Assembly: GCA_977020255.1 (NCBI GenBank)
Contig: CDROCS010002105.1
Span: 310,001-374,000, forward strand
Direction: 5' to 3'
Length of the DNA: 64,000 nt
DNA from: Obrimoposthia wandeli
Taxonomy: Eukaryota
Below, piece by piece: positions 9,843 through 18,260 of this stretch (position 1 is its first letter; every line of letters starts with the position of its first letter). The notes beneath the pieces are model-generated. The model was given only the letters and a program-made list of their open reading frames with translations. It was not told the DNA's origin and ran no database searches. Both the position numbers and the translations under genes were made by a program.

Positions 9843-10868
9843 GGCTTTGTTGAAGCGCTCAGATAATACTCAATAATTCCATTAATACTGAGTTCAGTTA
9901 TCATGACCAATCTATTTATACAGGTTGGCTATTTAACACATGCCTTACAAACACAATGACGCCAAACGCCATCATTTTAAAAAGCACACCTACGCGCTAA
10001 ATAACTATCGGGAGTACAATCAGGCTCTCAAGCAACGCGCCTGTTCGATATTTGGAGCTATGAATAGATCATCCATAATTGGCAACATGACGATCGCGTT
10101 TATGATGGTACTGGCCCTTCCGTTAAGTATCCTGACAGCACCATCGAAGCGTGGCATAGACAACCTTCAATACACTGATTATACGTTGTTATCAAAGCGG
10201 CTGATGCAGCTCAATCTCACAGTGCTACACTTTACAAAGCATGAAAAACCAGACGATAATATTACAGCAATAGCCATTGATTCAACGGGGCTCAAGCGGT
10301 TCGGGAAGGATGAATGGCATCAAGAAAAACATAAGGTTAATGCAAAATGCAGCTGGCGAAAGGCGCATTTCGCTGTTGATGAGGCTCACTTCATTCAAAG
10401 CGCAGTCCTCACCGATAAAAACACCATGGATGATCAGGTTGTCGGGGCGTTATGTCAGTCCATCATTACGGATGTCGAGCGCGTCAGTGCCGACAAAATG
10501 TATGATACCAATGCGGTGTACCAGATATTAGACGCTCATTTTCCGGATGCTGAGATTGTTATTCCGCCGAAATACAATACGTTTGCCGGTGAGGCTCATC
10601 ACCCCTGATAGGTTGCTTTGCTCTTGGCATTATCGGTTGGCAGAGCGTGCGGCAATACGGTAAAAGGAATATCTCAGAAACAGCCATGCAACGTTACAAG
10701 AAGATAATCGGCAATACATTACATAGCAGAAGATTTAAAAATCAGTTAAAGGAAATGTTACTCGGTTGTTCTATTTTAAATAGCTTTACTCACCTCGGGA
10801 TGTCTAATAGCTATCGAGTCGCCTAACCGTATCAAAAGACCACGTAGCTTTAGTGTTGCAACAATGCC
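9843..10868 (+). mobile_element. IS5 family (IS903 group) insertion sequence, decayed
   Basis: Left end GGCTTTGTTGAAG (IS903-like IR), right end reverse complement GGCATTGTTGCAA; 1026 bp; no target duplication found. Confidence 0.8.
9940..10826 (+). pseudogene. IS903-group transposase pseudogene
   Basis: YNQALKQR N-terminus then frameshift; IAIDSTGLK and WRKAHFAVD and ADKMYD; stop at 10608; C-terminus (YGKRNISETAMQRYK...SYRVA*) continues to 10826. Confidence 0.85.
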
Positions 10869-10953
10869 CCTTGGACAGCAATAGGGAAAACAAAAATTTT
10901 TATACGTCGGGACGGATGTCAAATGGCGGAAAAACTGTGGTTGGGAGCTATAT

Positions 10954-10983
10954 GAAATGCCCGCCGATGAATGCGGGCACTTT
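10954..10983 (-). terminator. Terminator of the cystatin-like gene
   Basis: TGCCCGC-cgatgaat-GCGGGCA hairpin just downstream of 11003. Confidence 0.5.
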
Positions 10984-11002
10984 GTTAAACTGAAGCATTT
11001 TT

Positions 11003-11281
11003 TTAATTTAAAGGATCAATTTTAGTAATGTGAGCCTTCTCATCCAGAGGTTGGTAAATATGAATCATTGCCGCTGCATTAGGAGCCATAGGGTACACTG
11101 CTTTTGCATTACAGAAAAATTGGTAGTTCATGCCTGCAACTACCTGTTCAGCAAATGCAACAGGGTTGTAATCGACACCAATAAGACCAGATAAAGCAGT
11201 TTCAAATGCAGCTTGAGCCTGCTCCGTCATTTCAGAGCTGAACGTTGACCATCCACCACACGTAGTATTTAATTCTGACAT
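11003..11281 (-). CDS. Cystatin-like small protein (putative cysteine-protease inhibitor)
   Basis: 92 aa from ATG 11281 with GGAG RBS; N-terminal GGW and QVVAGMNY (QxVxG) motif. Confidence 0.7.
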   Translation of the reverse strand: MSELNTTCGGWSTFSSEMTEQAQAAFETALSGLIGVDYNPVAFAEQVVAGMNYQFFCNAKAVYPMAPNAAAMIHIYQPLDEKAHITKIDPLN

Positions 11282-11704
11282 ATAATTCTCCATTAGAACA
11301 TTTGATGTGAATATGGCTATGCTTAAAAAAAACATAGTTAAATATCATCTGTTTTTTTATACATTCCTTGTACGTTCCGTCAGCCACTTTTTTAACCAAT
11401 TTTAAAGTGGTGAGGGATCTCAATGAAGCGCCTTTAAAGGTTTACCTTCCCCATGTGTGCATAATGGTTCATATCTGAAAGGGAAGGTGTGATTTATATC
11501 ACATGCTGGAATATGTATATAAGCAACTGCCGCTTTGATCTTGATGCTTTTTATTCGATTTGGCCTCTTACTTTGATTTTTACCATTCAAAACCCTCAAT
11601 ATAGCCTTGATGCGCGCCAATGATATACACATTGATTTATATAGAGTGAATCATTAGTGGTTTGAATATAATTCTTTTTCACCTGAAAAGAGTAGGAAAT
11701 TACT

Positions 11705-12150
11705 ATGAATGAAGCTGTCGCTATAAAGCAAGTCTCACCTTCCGAAGAGCTCGATACAGAATACAAAAACGCTATTGTAAATGTCAGCCGGTATGCACTT
11801 GCTGTGGCCAAAACGGGGATGCCATCTTTATTAAAAATGGACGTGTTTAAAGATTGGGATTTGGCGTTATGGCTTTTGTTCAGCTCACTTGCATCAAGCA
11901 CGATGTAGATACAACCGAGACATTTGAAGCCATCATTCAGTCCTCTGCCAATGTGCTGTCTTGCTATAACACAACAGGCGAAGCCGACTTTATGTTGCAA
12001 GTAGTTGCCAAGGATCTTGATGACTATAGTCGCTTCGTCCAAAGGGTTCTGAGAAAACTACCTGGCGTATCCGTAATTAGTTCAAACATATCTCTTAGGG
12101 AATTGAAGTCATCAAGTCGATTACCAATTGCTAGTTCTAGCCGTGACTAA
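11705..12150 (+). pseudogene. Broken Lrp/AsnC-family regulator (C-terminal RAM domain only) preceded by an unrelated or frameshifted 5' fragment
   Basis: 11854-12150 encodes LGFGVMAFVQL...TGEADFMLQVVAKDLDDYSRF...SSNISLRELK; in-frame stop at 11848 and no recognisable HTH upstream. Confidence 0.65.
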
Positions 12151-12375
12151 AGCGCTCAGTTTCCGCTTCTGATTGACAGCTGTCAGATTATATTGAACCT
12201 TGAAATGAAAGAACGTGTTATTACAAATAAGGATATTTGTCACGCAGCCAACACATATCTTGAAGTGTTGAACAAGCCCGAGCCTGCTTACCAAAGTTTG
12301 CAATACCACACCTAATCCAACACCACTAAACCTGAATAAACACTCTAACGTGTTTCTGTCCAAATCCGTTTTTGG

Positions 12376-12391
12376 CATCGGCTTTCTTCAA
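12376..12391 (+). repeat. Target-site duplication, left copy (CATCGGCTTTCTTCAA)
   Basis: Identical to 14130-14145. Confidence 0.92.
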
Positions 12392-14129
12392 TGTGATCAC
12401 CAAGCGATTCTGTCGTATCTTAACTACCAACCGATTTTGTCGGTTTGCTAATTACCAAGGGAAAATGACGGATCCATTTTTATATATAACCCTTTGAATA
12501 GTTCTAATCATTATTCAGAGGTTGTTAAGGATGATCATCATGGATTCTCGCTCCCAACTTATCGTTGATGTGATCGCCAAAGTCACTCAAGGTAAGATCA
12601 GCATCAACAGTGCTTCTCAGCTCCTCAATAAATCCCGCCGAACAATAGAACGTTACCTCAGTCGCTATAGAGCTGAAGGGATCCGCTTCGTCGTGCATGG
12701 AAATAAAGGTCGTGCACCCATCAATAGAACGCCAGAGTCATTAAAAAAACAGGTTCTACACCTTATTCAAACCAAGTATTACGACTTCAATTTACAGCAC
12801 CTTGCTGAATTGCTCGCTGAAAATGAAGGACTGAGCATTAAGCGTGAAACATTGCGAGGTTGGGCTCACGAGATTAAGCATGTTAAACGAGCCAAACGTC
12901 GTCGTAGCCAAGTAAGAAAGTACCGAGAGCGTATGGAATCACCTGGGTTAATGCTGCAAATGGATGGTAGTCCTCATCGTTGGTTTGGTGATAATCGCTC
13001 GTGTTTGATTGCCATCATCGACGACGCAACGAGTGATATCCATGCTGAGTTTTACCCTTCTGAAACGACGGAAGGTTGCATGAAAGTGATGAAGGCTTAT
13101 ATCGAGAAGCGAGGGTTGTTTAAGACGCTGTACGTTGATAGAGCGGGCATTTTTGGGGGGCCTAAGCGCTGTAACTTCTCACAAATGCAAAGGGCATGTG
13201 AAGAACTCGGGATCGAGATCATCTTTGCCAATTCACCCCAAGGTAAAGGTCGGGTCGAACGCGCATTTGATACCTTCCAAGACCGCTTGGTTCCTGAACT
13301 TCGGCTTCACAATATCACTGACATACACAGCGCTAATGAGTATCTTCAGAAGGTGTTTATCCCGATATATTGGCAGCAGAAAATAACTGTGAAAGCGAAA
13401 AGTCAGTGGTCAGCTTTCAAAGCCGTTCCTGAGCATATCGACTTAGATACTATCTGTGTGTACAAGGAATATCGGAAAGTACGACGAGATCATACCTTTA
13501 GTTATAACAACAAGATGTACGTTATTGACTCTCCAATTCGATATTCTATCGTCAATCAAAAGCTTGAAATTCGCTGTCAGTTTGATGGGACATTCTCGGT
13601 CTATTTTGGTCATCGAAAACTGTTTATAACGGAGTTGGAGGAGCCACCAAAAGCCAGTGAGTATGGTATGGAAGTCCAACGTAAGCTGGATGTTATCGAA
13701 CTGGCACAGACCTTAGGAAGTGTATCGAAAGCGGCTCGAGTAGCAGGGTGCTCACGTCAAAGTATCTATACCTACCAAAAGGTGTTGGAAGAAGAAGGCG
13801 TTATTGGTCTTAAACGCATAAATAAGCCGTTAAAAAGAAGCAAGAATAGCATTCCTCAGGCGACCGAGGACAAAATCATCGAGCTGACACTCAACAATCC
13901 ATATCGTACTTCCCTTCAATTAATGACTGAGCTGAAAAGGGAGTACAACATCACAGTAAGCAGCACCACGATACGAAATATTTGGAAGCGTGAGGTGATG
14001 AATACCAGAGAGCTGAGAATTAAACTCGCAGCAGCCCTGAATAAGGAAGTCTAGTTCTATAAGCTAGACTATAAGGTGAACGACAAAGTCGCTTGGGTTT
14101 TATCCCGTCAGGCTCCCTCGGTAATCACA
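12392..14129 (+). mobile_element. IS1202-family (ISNCY) insertion sequence, apparently intact
   Basis: Ends TGTGATCACC... and ...GGTAATCACA; three subterminal repeat units on the left (12399,12426,12454) and two on the right (14081,14106); exact 16-bp flanking direct repeat. Confidence 0.9.
12531..14054 (+). CDS. ISNCY/IS1202-family DDE transposase with extra C-terminal HTH region
   Basis: N-terminal HTH, LQMDGSPHRW, IIDDAT, LYVDRAGIF, SPQGKGRVER; uninterrupted 507-510 aa. Confidence 0.92.
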   Translation: MIIMDSRSQLIVDVIAKVTQGKISINSASQLLNKSRRTIERYLSRYRAEGIRFVVHGNKGRAPINRTPESLKKQVLHLIQTKYYDFNLQHLAELLAENEGLSIKRETLRGWAHEIKHVKRAKRRRSQVRKYRERMESPGLMLQMDGSPHRWFGDNRSCLIAIIDDATSDIHAEFYPSETTEGCMKVMKAYIEKRGLFKTLYVDRAGIFGGPKRCNFSQMQRACEELGIEIIFANSPQGKGRVERAFDTFQDRLVPELRLHNITDIHSANEYLQKVFIPIYWQQKITVKAKSQWSAFKAVPEHIDLDTICVYKEYRKVRRDHTFSYNNKMYVIDSPIRYSIVNQKLEIRCQFDGTFSVYFGHRKLFITELEEPPKASEYGMEVQRKLDVIELAQTLGSVSKAARVAGCSRQSIYTYQKVLEEEGVIGLKRINKPLKRSKNSIPQATEDKIIELTLNNPYRTSLQLMTELKREYNITVSSTTIRNIWKREVMNTRELRIKLAAALNKEV

Positions 14130-14145
14130 CATCGGCTTTCTTCAA
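14130..14145 (+). repeat. Target-site duplication, right copy
   Basis: Identical to 12376-12391. Confidence 0.92.
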
Positions 14146-14448
14146 AAATTCCTATGTTCGGTAATTTATGTTTATCCAGTAATGGAAATTCGATTTTTGT
14201 GACACTGTCACTGTTATTTTTATCATGAAATATACACGATTATTCGTCCGGCAATTTGGCTATTGTTAGGTATTAATTCTGGGGTGACAGACACATAGAT
14301 ACTCTAAATTCATAATCTATGCGGCACAGACAACATGGCATACATAAATGGCTTATTGTTTTGTGATTGATATTTCATCAACAATCGCTTTTAACGATTA
14401 ATTGGTTTTAATAATCAATGTCGTAGTTTTGATTGGTAAGTGTGATTA
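14140..14448. repeat. Diverged duplication, copy 1 (pairs with 16999-17305)
   Basis: Colinear similarity from TCAAAAATTCCTA through CACATAGATACTCTAAATTCATAA to CGATTAATTGGTTTT. Confidence 0.85.
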
Positions 14449-14678
14449 TTAAAAAATAACCCAAAATGTGTTGTATAGGCCCCATATACGCAATTGAAAT
14501 ATATTAGCTGATATACCATATGCGTCATATGTCATATAATAACGAAGGCTTTTCGGGCTATAATTTAAAGTAAAATGCATTCAGTACGGCCATAAGGATT
14601 TACAAGGATGTGGAAAGCCACCAACCTGTGCTGATATGTACAATCTTTTATTTTTTCGCTTTAATAAAGGGGGCGTGA

Positions 14679-14882
14679 ATGCAGTTTATTCAGTGCTCAG
14701 TATTATTTGATATTGATACAATAAAAACATTCAGGACGGTTGATGAAGCTATTTTTGGGATTGAAAACTTTCAGATAAAGCAGTTTTTAAATGCAAAAAT
14801 AGATATTTCATTGGAGGATAAATGTGCCTATCTTTGGTTTGGCTCTAGGGAGGCTTTACTTGAGTCATTAATGAATTTCTAA
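14679..14882 (+). CDS. Hypothetical small protein
   Basis: 67 aa with AAGGGGG RBS; no family recognised. Confidence 0.45.
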   Translation: MQFIQCSVLFDIDTIKTFRTVDEAIFGIENFQIKQFLNAKIDISLEDKCAYLWFGSREALLESLMNF

Positions 14883-14981
14883 GTCGTTCACGTTCTAGAT
14901 ATTGTTAAGAATATTTTTCAACATCATGGTGTTGATTGTAATGGTTACATTGCAAATTGAAAGCAAATTGTCTGTCTAATG

Positions 14982-15790
14982 GGCTCTGTCGCAAGCTGGA
15001 GTAGTAAGTTATGATCTCTGTCACCACTCACTACTTCTTTCACAATGACTATCAATTTTTCAGGCCGCCACTTTCCGTCAGACATCATCCTTCAATTGGT
15101 TCGGTACTATCTCTCTTACAAATTGAGTTACCGTGAAATAGAAGAAATCTATGCAGAACGTGGTATCAATGTTGATCACTCAACGTTGAATCGCTGGGTG
15201 ATAAAGTATGCGCCATTGCTAGAACATCGAGCTCGTAAAAAGAAGAAGCCAGTCGCTTCTTCGTGGCGGATGGACGAAACCTATATCAACGTAAAAGGCC
15301 AATGGAAATATTACTATCGAGCCGTTGATAAATATGGTGATGTGATTGATTTTCTACTGCGTGATAAGCGGGATGAAAAAGCCGCGAGAGCCTTTTTTCA
15401 AAAGGCCATTGGCCAACACGGACTACCTGAAAAGGTGGTGATTGATGGAAGCCATTCCAACGCATTAGCACTGCACAATCTCAACGTTGAGCTTTGGCAT
15501 AGCGGCCGCATGCTGAGTCTTATTGAAATCCTTTCAATCAAGTATCTGAACAATATCGTAGAGCAAAGCCACCGCAGAGTGAAAAGTAAAATGAACCAGG
15601 CACTAGGCTGGAAATCTGAAAAAGGAGCAAAGGCCACATTAGCTGGCATTGAGCTTTGGTCGATGATTAAAAATGGGCAGTTCGACAACCCTGAAGGCTT
15701 ATCTGTTTGGGAGCAGTTTTACGCGCTAGCAGCCTAACTGTATCTGAAAATCAGTACACTTGTACTTCTACAGAACTTTGCGACAGAGCC
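14982..15790 (+). mobile_element. IS6 family insertion sequence, intact
   Basis: IRs GGCTCTGTCGCAA / TTGCGACAGAGCC, 809 bp; flanks GTCTAATG vs CAATAAAG, so no 8-bp duplication. Confidence 0.92.
15045..15737 (+). CDS. IS6 family transposase
   Basis: 230 aa; LSYREIEE, WRMDETY, YRAVD, IDGS, YLNNIVEQSHR. Confidence 0.95.
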   Translation: MTINFSGRHFPSDIILQLVRYYLSYKLSYREIEEIYAERGINVDHSTLNRWVIKYAPLLEHRARKKKKPVASSWRMDETYINVKGQWKYYYRAVDKYGDVIDFLLRDKRDEKAARAFFQKAIGQHGLPEKVVIDGSHSNALALHNLNVELWHSGRMLSLIEILSIKYLNNIVEQSHRRVKSKMNQALGWKSEKGAKATLAGIELWSMIKNGQFDNPEGLSVWEQFYALAA

Positions 15791-16031
15791 CAATAAAGGG
15801 ACATATTTGATGACCCAACGGTTCAATGTTGAGTGAACAATATGGATGCCTCGCTCTGCCAATATCTCTTCAATTTTACGGTAACTCAGCTTATAAGAAA
15901 GATAGTAACGAACGGACTGCAGTATGATCTCGGAAGGAAAATGACGGCCTGTGAATTTAATGGTCATAATGTTGGAAGTGATGAAGGTTGATGTAAATCA
16001 TAACCTACCACCCCCTGTTTGCGACAAAACC
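15791..16031 (-). pseudogene. Truncated second IS6 (left IR plus first ~59 transposase codons), cut by the intact IS6
   Basis: IR GGTTTTGTCGCAAA ending at 16031; MTIKFTGRHFPSEIILQSVRYY...NRWVIKYVPLL runs into the right IR of the intact copy. Confidence 0.88.
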
Positions 16032-16105
16032 CCATAATCATAGCCTGACGGGACGCTATGGGGTGGGATGGTTCATTACATTAAAACCCAATCCCCTGCG
16101 ATTGG

Positions 16106-16507
16106 CTATGAAGTCATATTCAGTTTGTAGTTTTTGTTTTCTTTAAATTTCAATATGCTTCGTTTAACTTTAGCAACAGATAATGGCTTTATTAAGTAAT
16201 CTTGAGGCTTGCATAAAAGAGTACGTTTTACTGTTTCAGTATCACTTTCAGACGTAATTATAGAAACAGGTATTGTGGGGTAATTATTTCGAATGAAGGC
16301 TAAAAGTTCTAATCCATCAAGACGCTTTTCTATGTTTAAATCTAAAAAAATGCCCGTTATGCTGTCTTTTGAATTCAAGAGTGCCTTATGCGCAGACTCA
16401 ATAGTTGAACATTTCATGATCTCCTTAGGAGTAATGCATTTTCGAATAATTTGAGCTAATACCTCTGCCATTACTCTATTATCTTCTATTATCAAGAACT
16501 TGCTCAT
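16106..16507 (-). CDS. Stand-alone response regulator receiver (CheY-like)
   Basis: 133 aa; IIED, FLDL phospho-acceptor, ITS, YLIKP. Confidence 0.88.
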   Translation of the reverse strand: MSKFLIIEDNRVMAEVLAQIIRKCITPKEIMKCSTIESAHKALLNSKDSITGIFLDLNIEKRLDGLELLAFIRNNYPTIPVSIITSESDTETVKRTLLCKPQDYLIKPLSVAKVKRSILKFKENKNYKLNMTS

Positions 16508-16576
16508 CCTGACTCCAATTAAGCACTGAAACGCAGTGCAACCTAGCTTCTATGGCTTATAGATATAACAATAACT

Positions 16577-16822
16577 TTAATTTAACAAGTGGGAAGTGTG
16601 TTTTTTGGCTTGTAGAGCAGAATACACAGCTTGTGGAAACCTTATTGCAGTATGGTACAGAGCATTTGATACGAAAAAGTGCCCGTTATGTTTATCAACA
16701 CTGAAAGAATGTGAGTATGTAATATCCAGATATAAGAAAGATAGCCACGACACATTATCGAATTTAGTAGTTAGGATAAATCTACCAAAAAAACAAAGAA
16801 AATAAACGAGTACAGCAATCAT
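16577..16822 (-). CDS. Hypothetical protein or gene fragment with hydrophobic N-terminus
   Basis: 81 aa; its ATG overlaps (ATGA) the stop of an upstream truncated frame and it is co-oriented with the response regulator. Confidence 0.4.
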   Translation of the reverse strand: MIAVLVYFLCFFGRFILTTKFDNVSWLSFLYLDITYSHSFSVDKHNGHFFVSNALYHTAIRFPQAVYSALQAKKHTSHLLN

Positions 16823-16986
16823 TTTAGTTTGCAGCAGACATCCACTCTCTCTTTAAATCTCTCTGATTTAATTAAATCAATCACCTTATTTATATTTTCT
16901 TCTGCGCTATTTGGGCAAAAAGCAACTGTAGTCCCCCCAACATAAATATTACAGGATGCGGTTCTAATGTAATAACCGGTAAATAC
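16819..16986 (-). pseudogene. 3' remnant of a gene truncated at an IS6-like end
   Basis: 55 open codons (VFTGYYIRTASCNIYVGG...VCCKLK*) starting exactly at the IR-like GGTTCTGTCGCA boundary. Confidence 0.45.
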
Positions 16987-16998
16987 GGTTCTGTCGCA

Positions 16999-17305
16999 TC
17001 AAAAATTCCTACGTTCGGTAATTTATGATTATCCAGTAATGGAAACTCCCTTGTTATTACGCTGTCACTGTTATTTTGTGTCATAAAACATACACGATTA
17101 TTCATCTATCTAATAAATGTTAGAGATTAATTCTGAGGTGACAGCCACATAGATACTCTAAATTCATAACCTATACGTCACAGACGGCATGGCATGCGTA
17201 AGTGGCATTTTATTTTCTGATTAATACTTTAATACCAATCGTCGCTAGCGATTAATTGGTTTTGGTTACTAAATTTGTGATTTCGATTGGTGTTATTGAT
17301 TAATG
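16999..17305. repeat. Diverged duplication, copy 2 (pairs with 14140-14448)
   Basis: Same colinear similarity; minus-strand peptide MTQNNSDSVITREFPLLDNHKLPNVGIF vs MIKNNSDSVTKIEFPLLDKHKLPNIGIF in copy 1. Confidence 0.85.
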
Positions 17306-17334
17306 ATACAAACAGATTATTAACGAGGATTTTT

Positions 17335-17370
17335 GTGGTTTATACTTCAGCATAACTTTGCGACAGAGCC
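17335..17370. mobile_element. Solitary IS6-family end
   Basis: AACTTTGCGACAGAGCC is identical to the last 17 nt of the intact IS6 (15774-15790). Confidence 0.8.
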
Positions 17371-17428
17371 CTAGATCTGCCTTATCTGATTATTTGCAGC
17401 AGAGCTAAGTAAAGAAGGTCGGGGAATG

Positions 17429-17453
17429 AAGCCGCTTATGGTAAGCGGCTTTT
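17429..17453. terminator. Terminator hairpin
   Basis: AAGCCGCTTA-tgg-TAAGCGGCTTTT. Confidence 0.7.
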
Positions 17454-17556
17454 AGATAATGGTCACAACGTGGACGTTGTTTGAATTAAATCATTTAATT
17501 CAGCTTCTTATGGTCAATAAAATGGAAGTGAGTACTTCCCTTTTTATTAGCAATAA

Positions 17557-18015
17557 TTACTTCTTGAAAATTTCCTGAAACTCACGCTTCATTGGAGGAT
17601 TACGACGTGCTTGTTTTAACTGCTTACACAGATCTTTTAGACAATTGTGAAGAACCTTATCAAGCAATACAGCTTTGTATTCCTGCTGCTCTTCTTCGCT
17701 CATGTGATCTGGTAGTGTTGTTTCCTGCATTTCACCAAGGAAATCAACACCAGAGTAGCTCTGGCTTAGTGCAACAAGTGCGTGGAATTGTTCAAAGTTA
17801 TCTAGAACATTCTGTGCACTTCCTGGCATGCTATTCCATGCTTCACGGGAAGTAGGCTCTGATACCATATAAACACTGATTAGCATATCCATCAGTTCTT
17901 CAGGTACTTCTTCGAATGCAACGACTTGACGTAATTCTGGTGAACATTCATCAAGAGTCAATGTTGGTTCATTAACGAGTTGCTCGTCTTTTGTTTCAAT
18001 CTCAGACATAGCCAT
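17557..18015 (-). CDS. DUF3069 family protein
   Basis: 152 aa; SAQNVLDNFEQFHAL signature of this Vibrionaceae family. Confidence 0.8.
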   Translation of the reverse strand: MAMSEIETKDEQLVNEPTLTLDECSPELRQVVAFEEVPEELMDMLISVYMVSEPTSREAWNSMPGSAQNVLDNFEQFHALVALSQSYSGVDFLGEMQETTLPDHMSEEEQQEYKAVLLDKVLHNCLKDLCKQLKQARRNPPMKREFQEIFKK

Positions 18016-18260
18016 TTCCTACAGCATTTATGATTTAAGGAGTGGAATCCTATATTTCTAATATCAAATGTCAACATATCATGTAATTTCAGAGATAAAA
18101 TCTCGTAGATTTAAATATGTAATCTAGATCACGTTAGATAATTTATAGTAGAAAATGAACGTTTTTTGCAAGGTTAGGATAGCATTGGTCTGTTTATAGA
18201 CAACATGTGTGCTATAAATTATGATGAATACAATTATATTCATATCAATAGGATACTTTC

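Noticed and set aside
11420-12042. Minus-strand ORFs 11420-11632 and 11596-12042
   Set aside because: No recognisable motifs; the longer one is the antisense shadow of the Lrp remnant.
12121-12378. 85-aa ORF as a LysE-type transporter fragment
   Set aside because: Only vague hydrophobicity, and its start lies in the IS target duplication; not supportable.
16596-16805. Plus-strand 69-aa ORF with CxxC as a zinc-finger protein
   Set aside because: GTG start without a clear RBS, and it lies antisense to a translationally coupled minus-strand ORF that fits the operon better.
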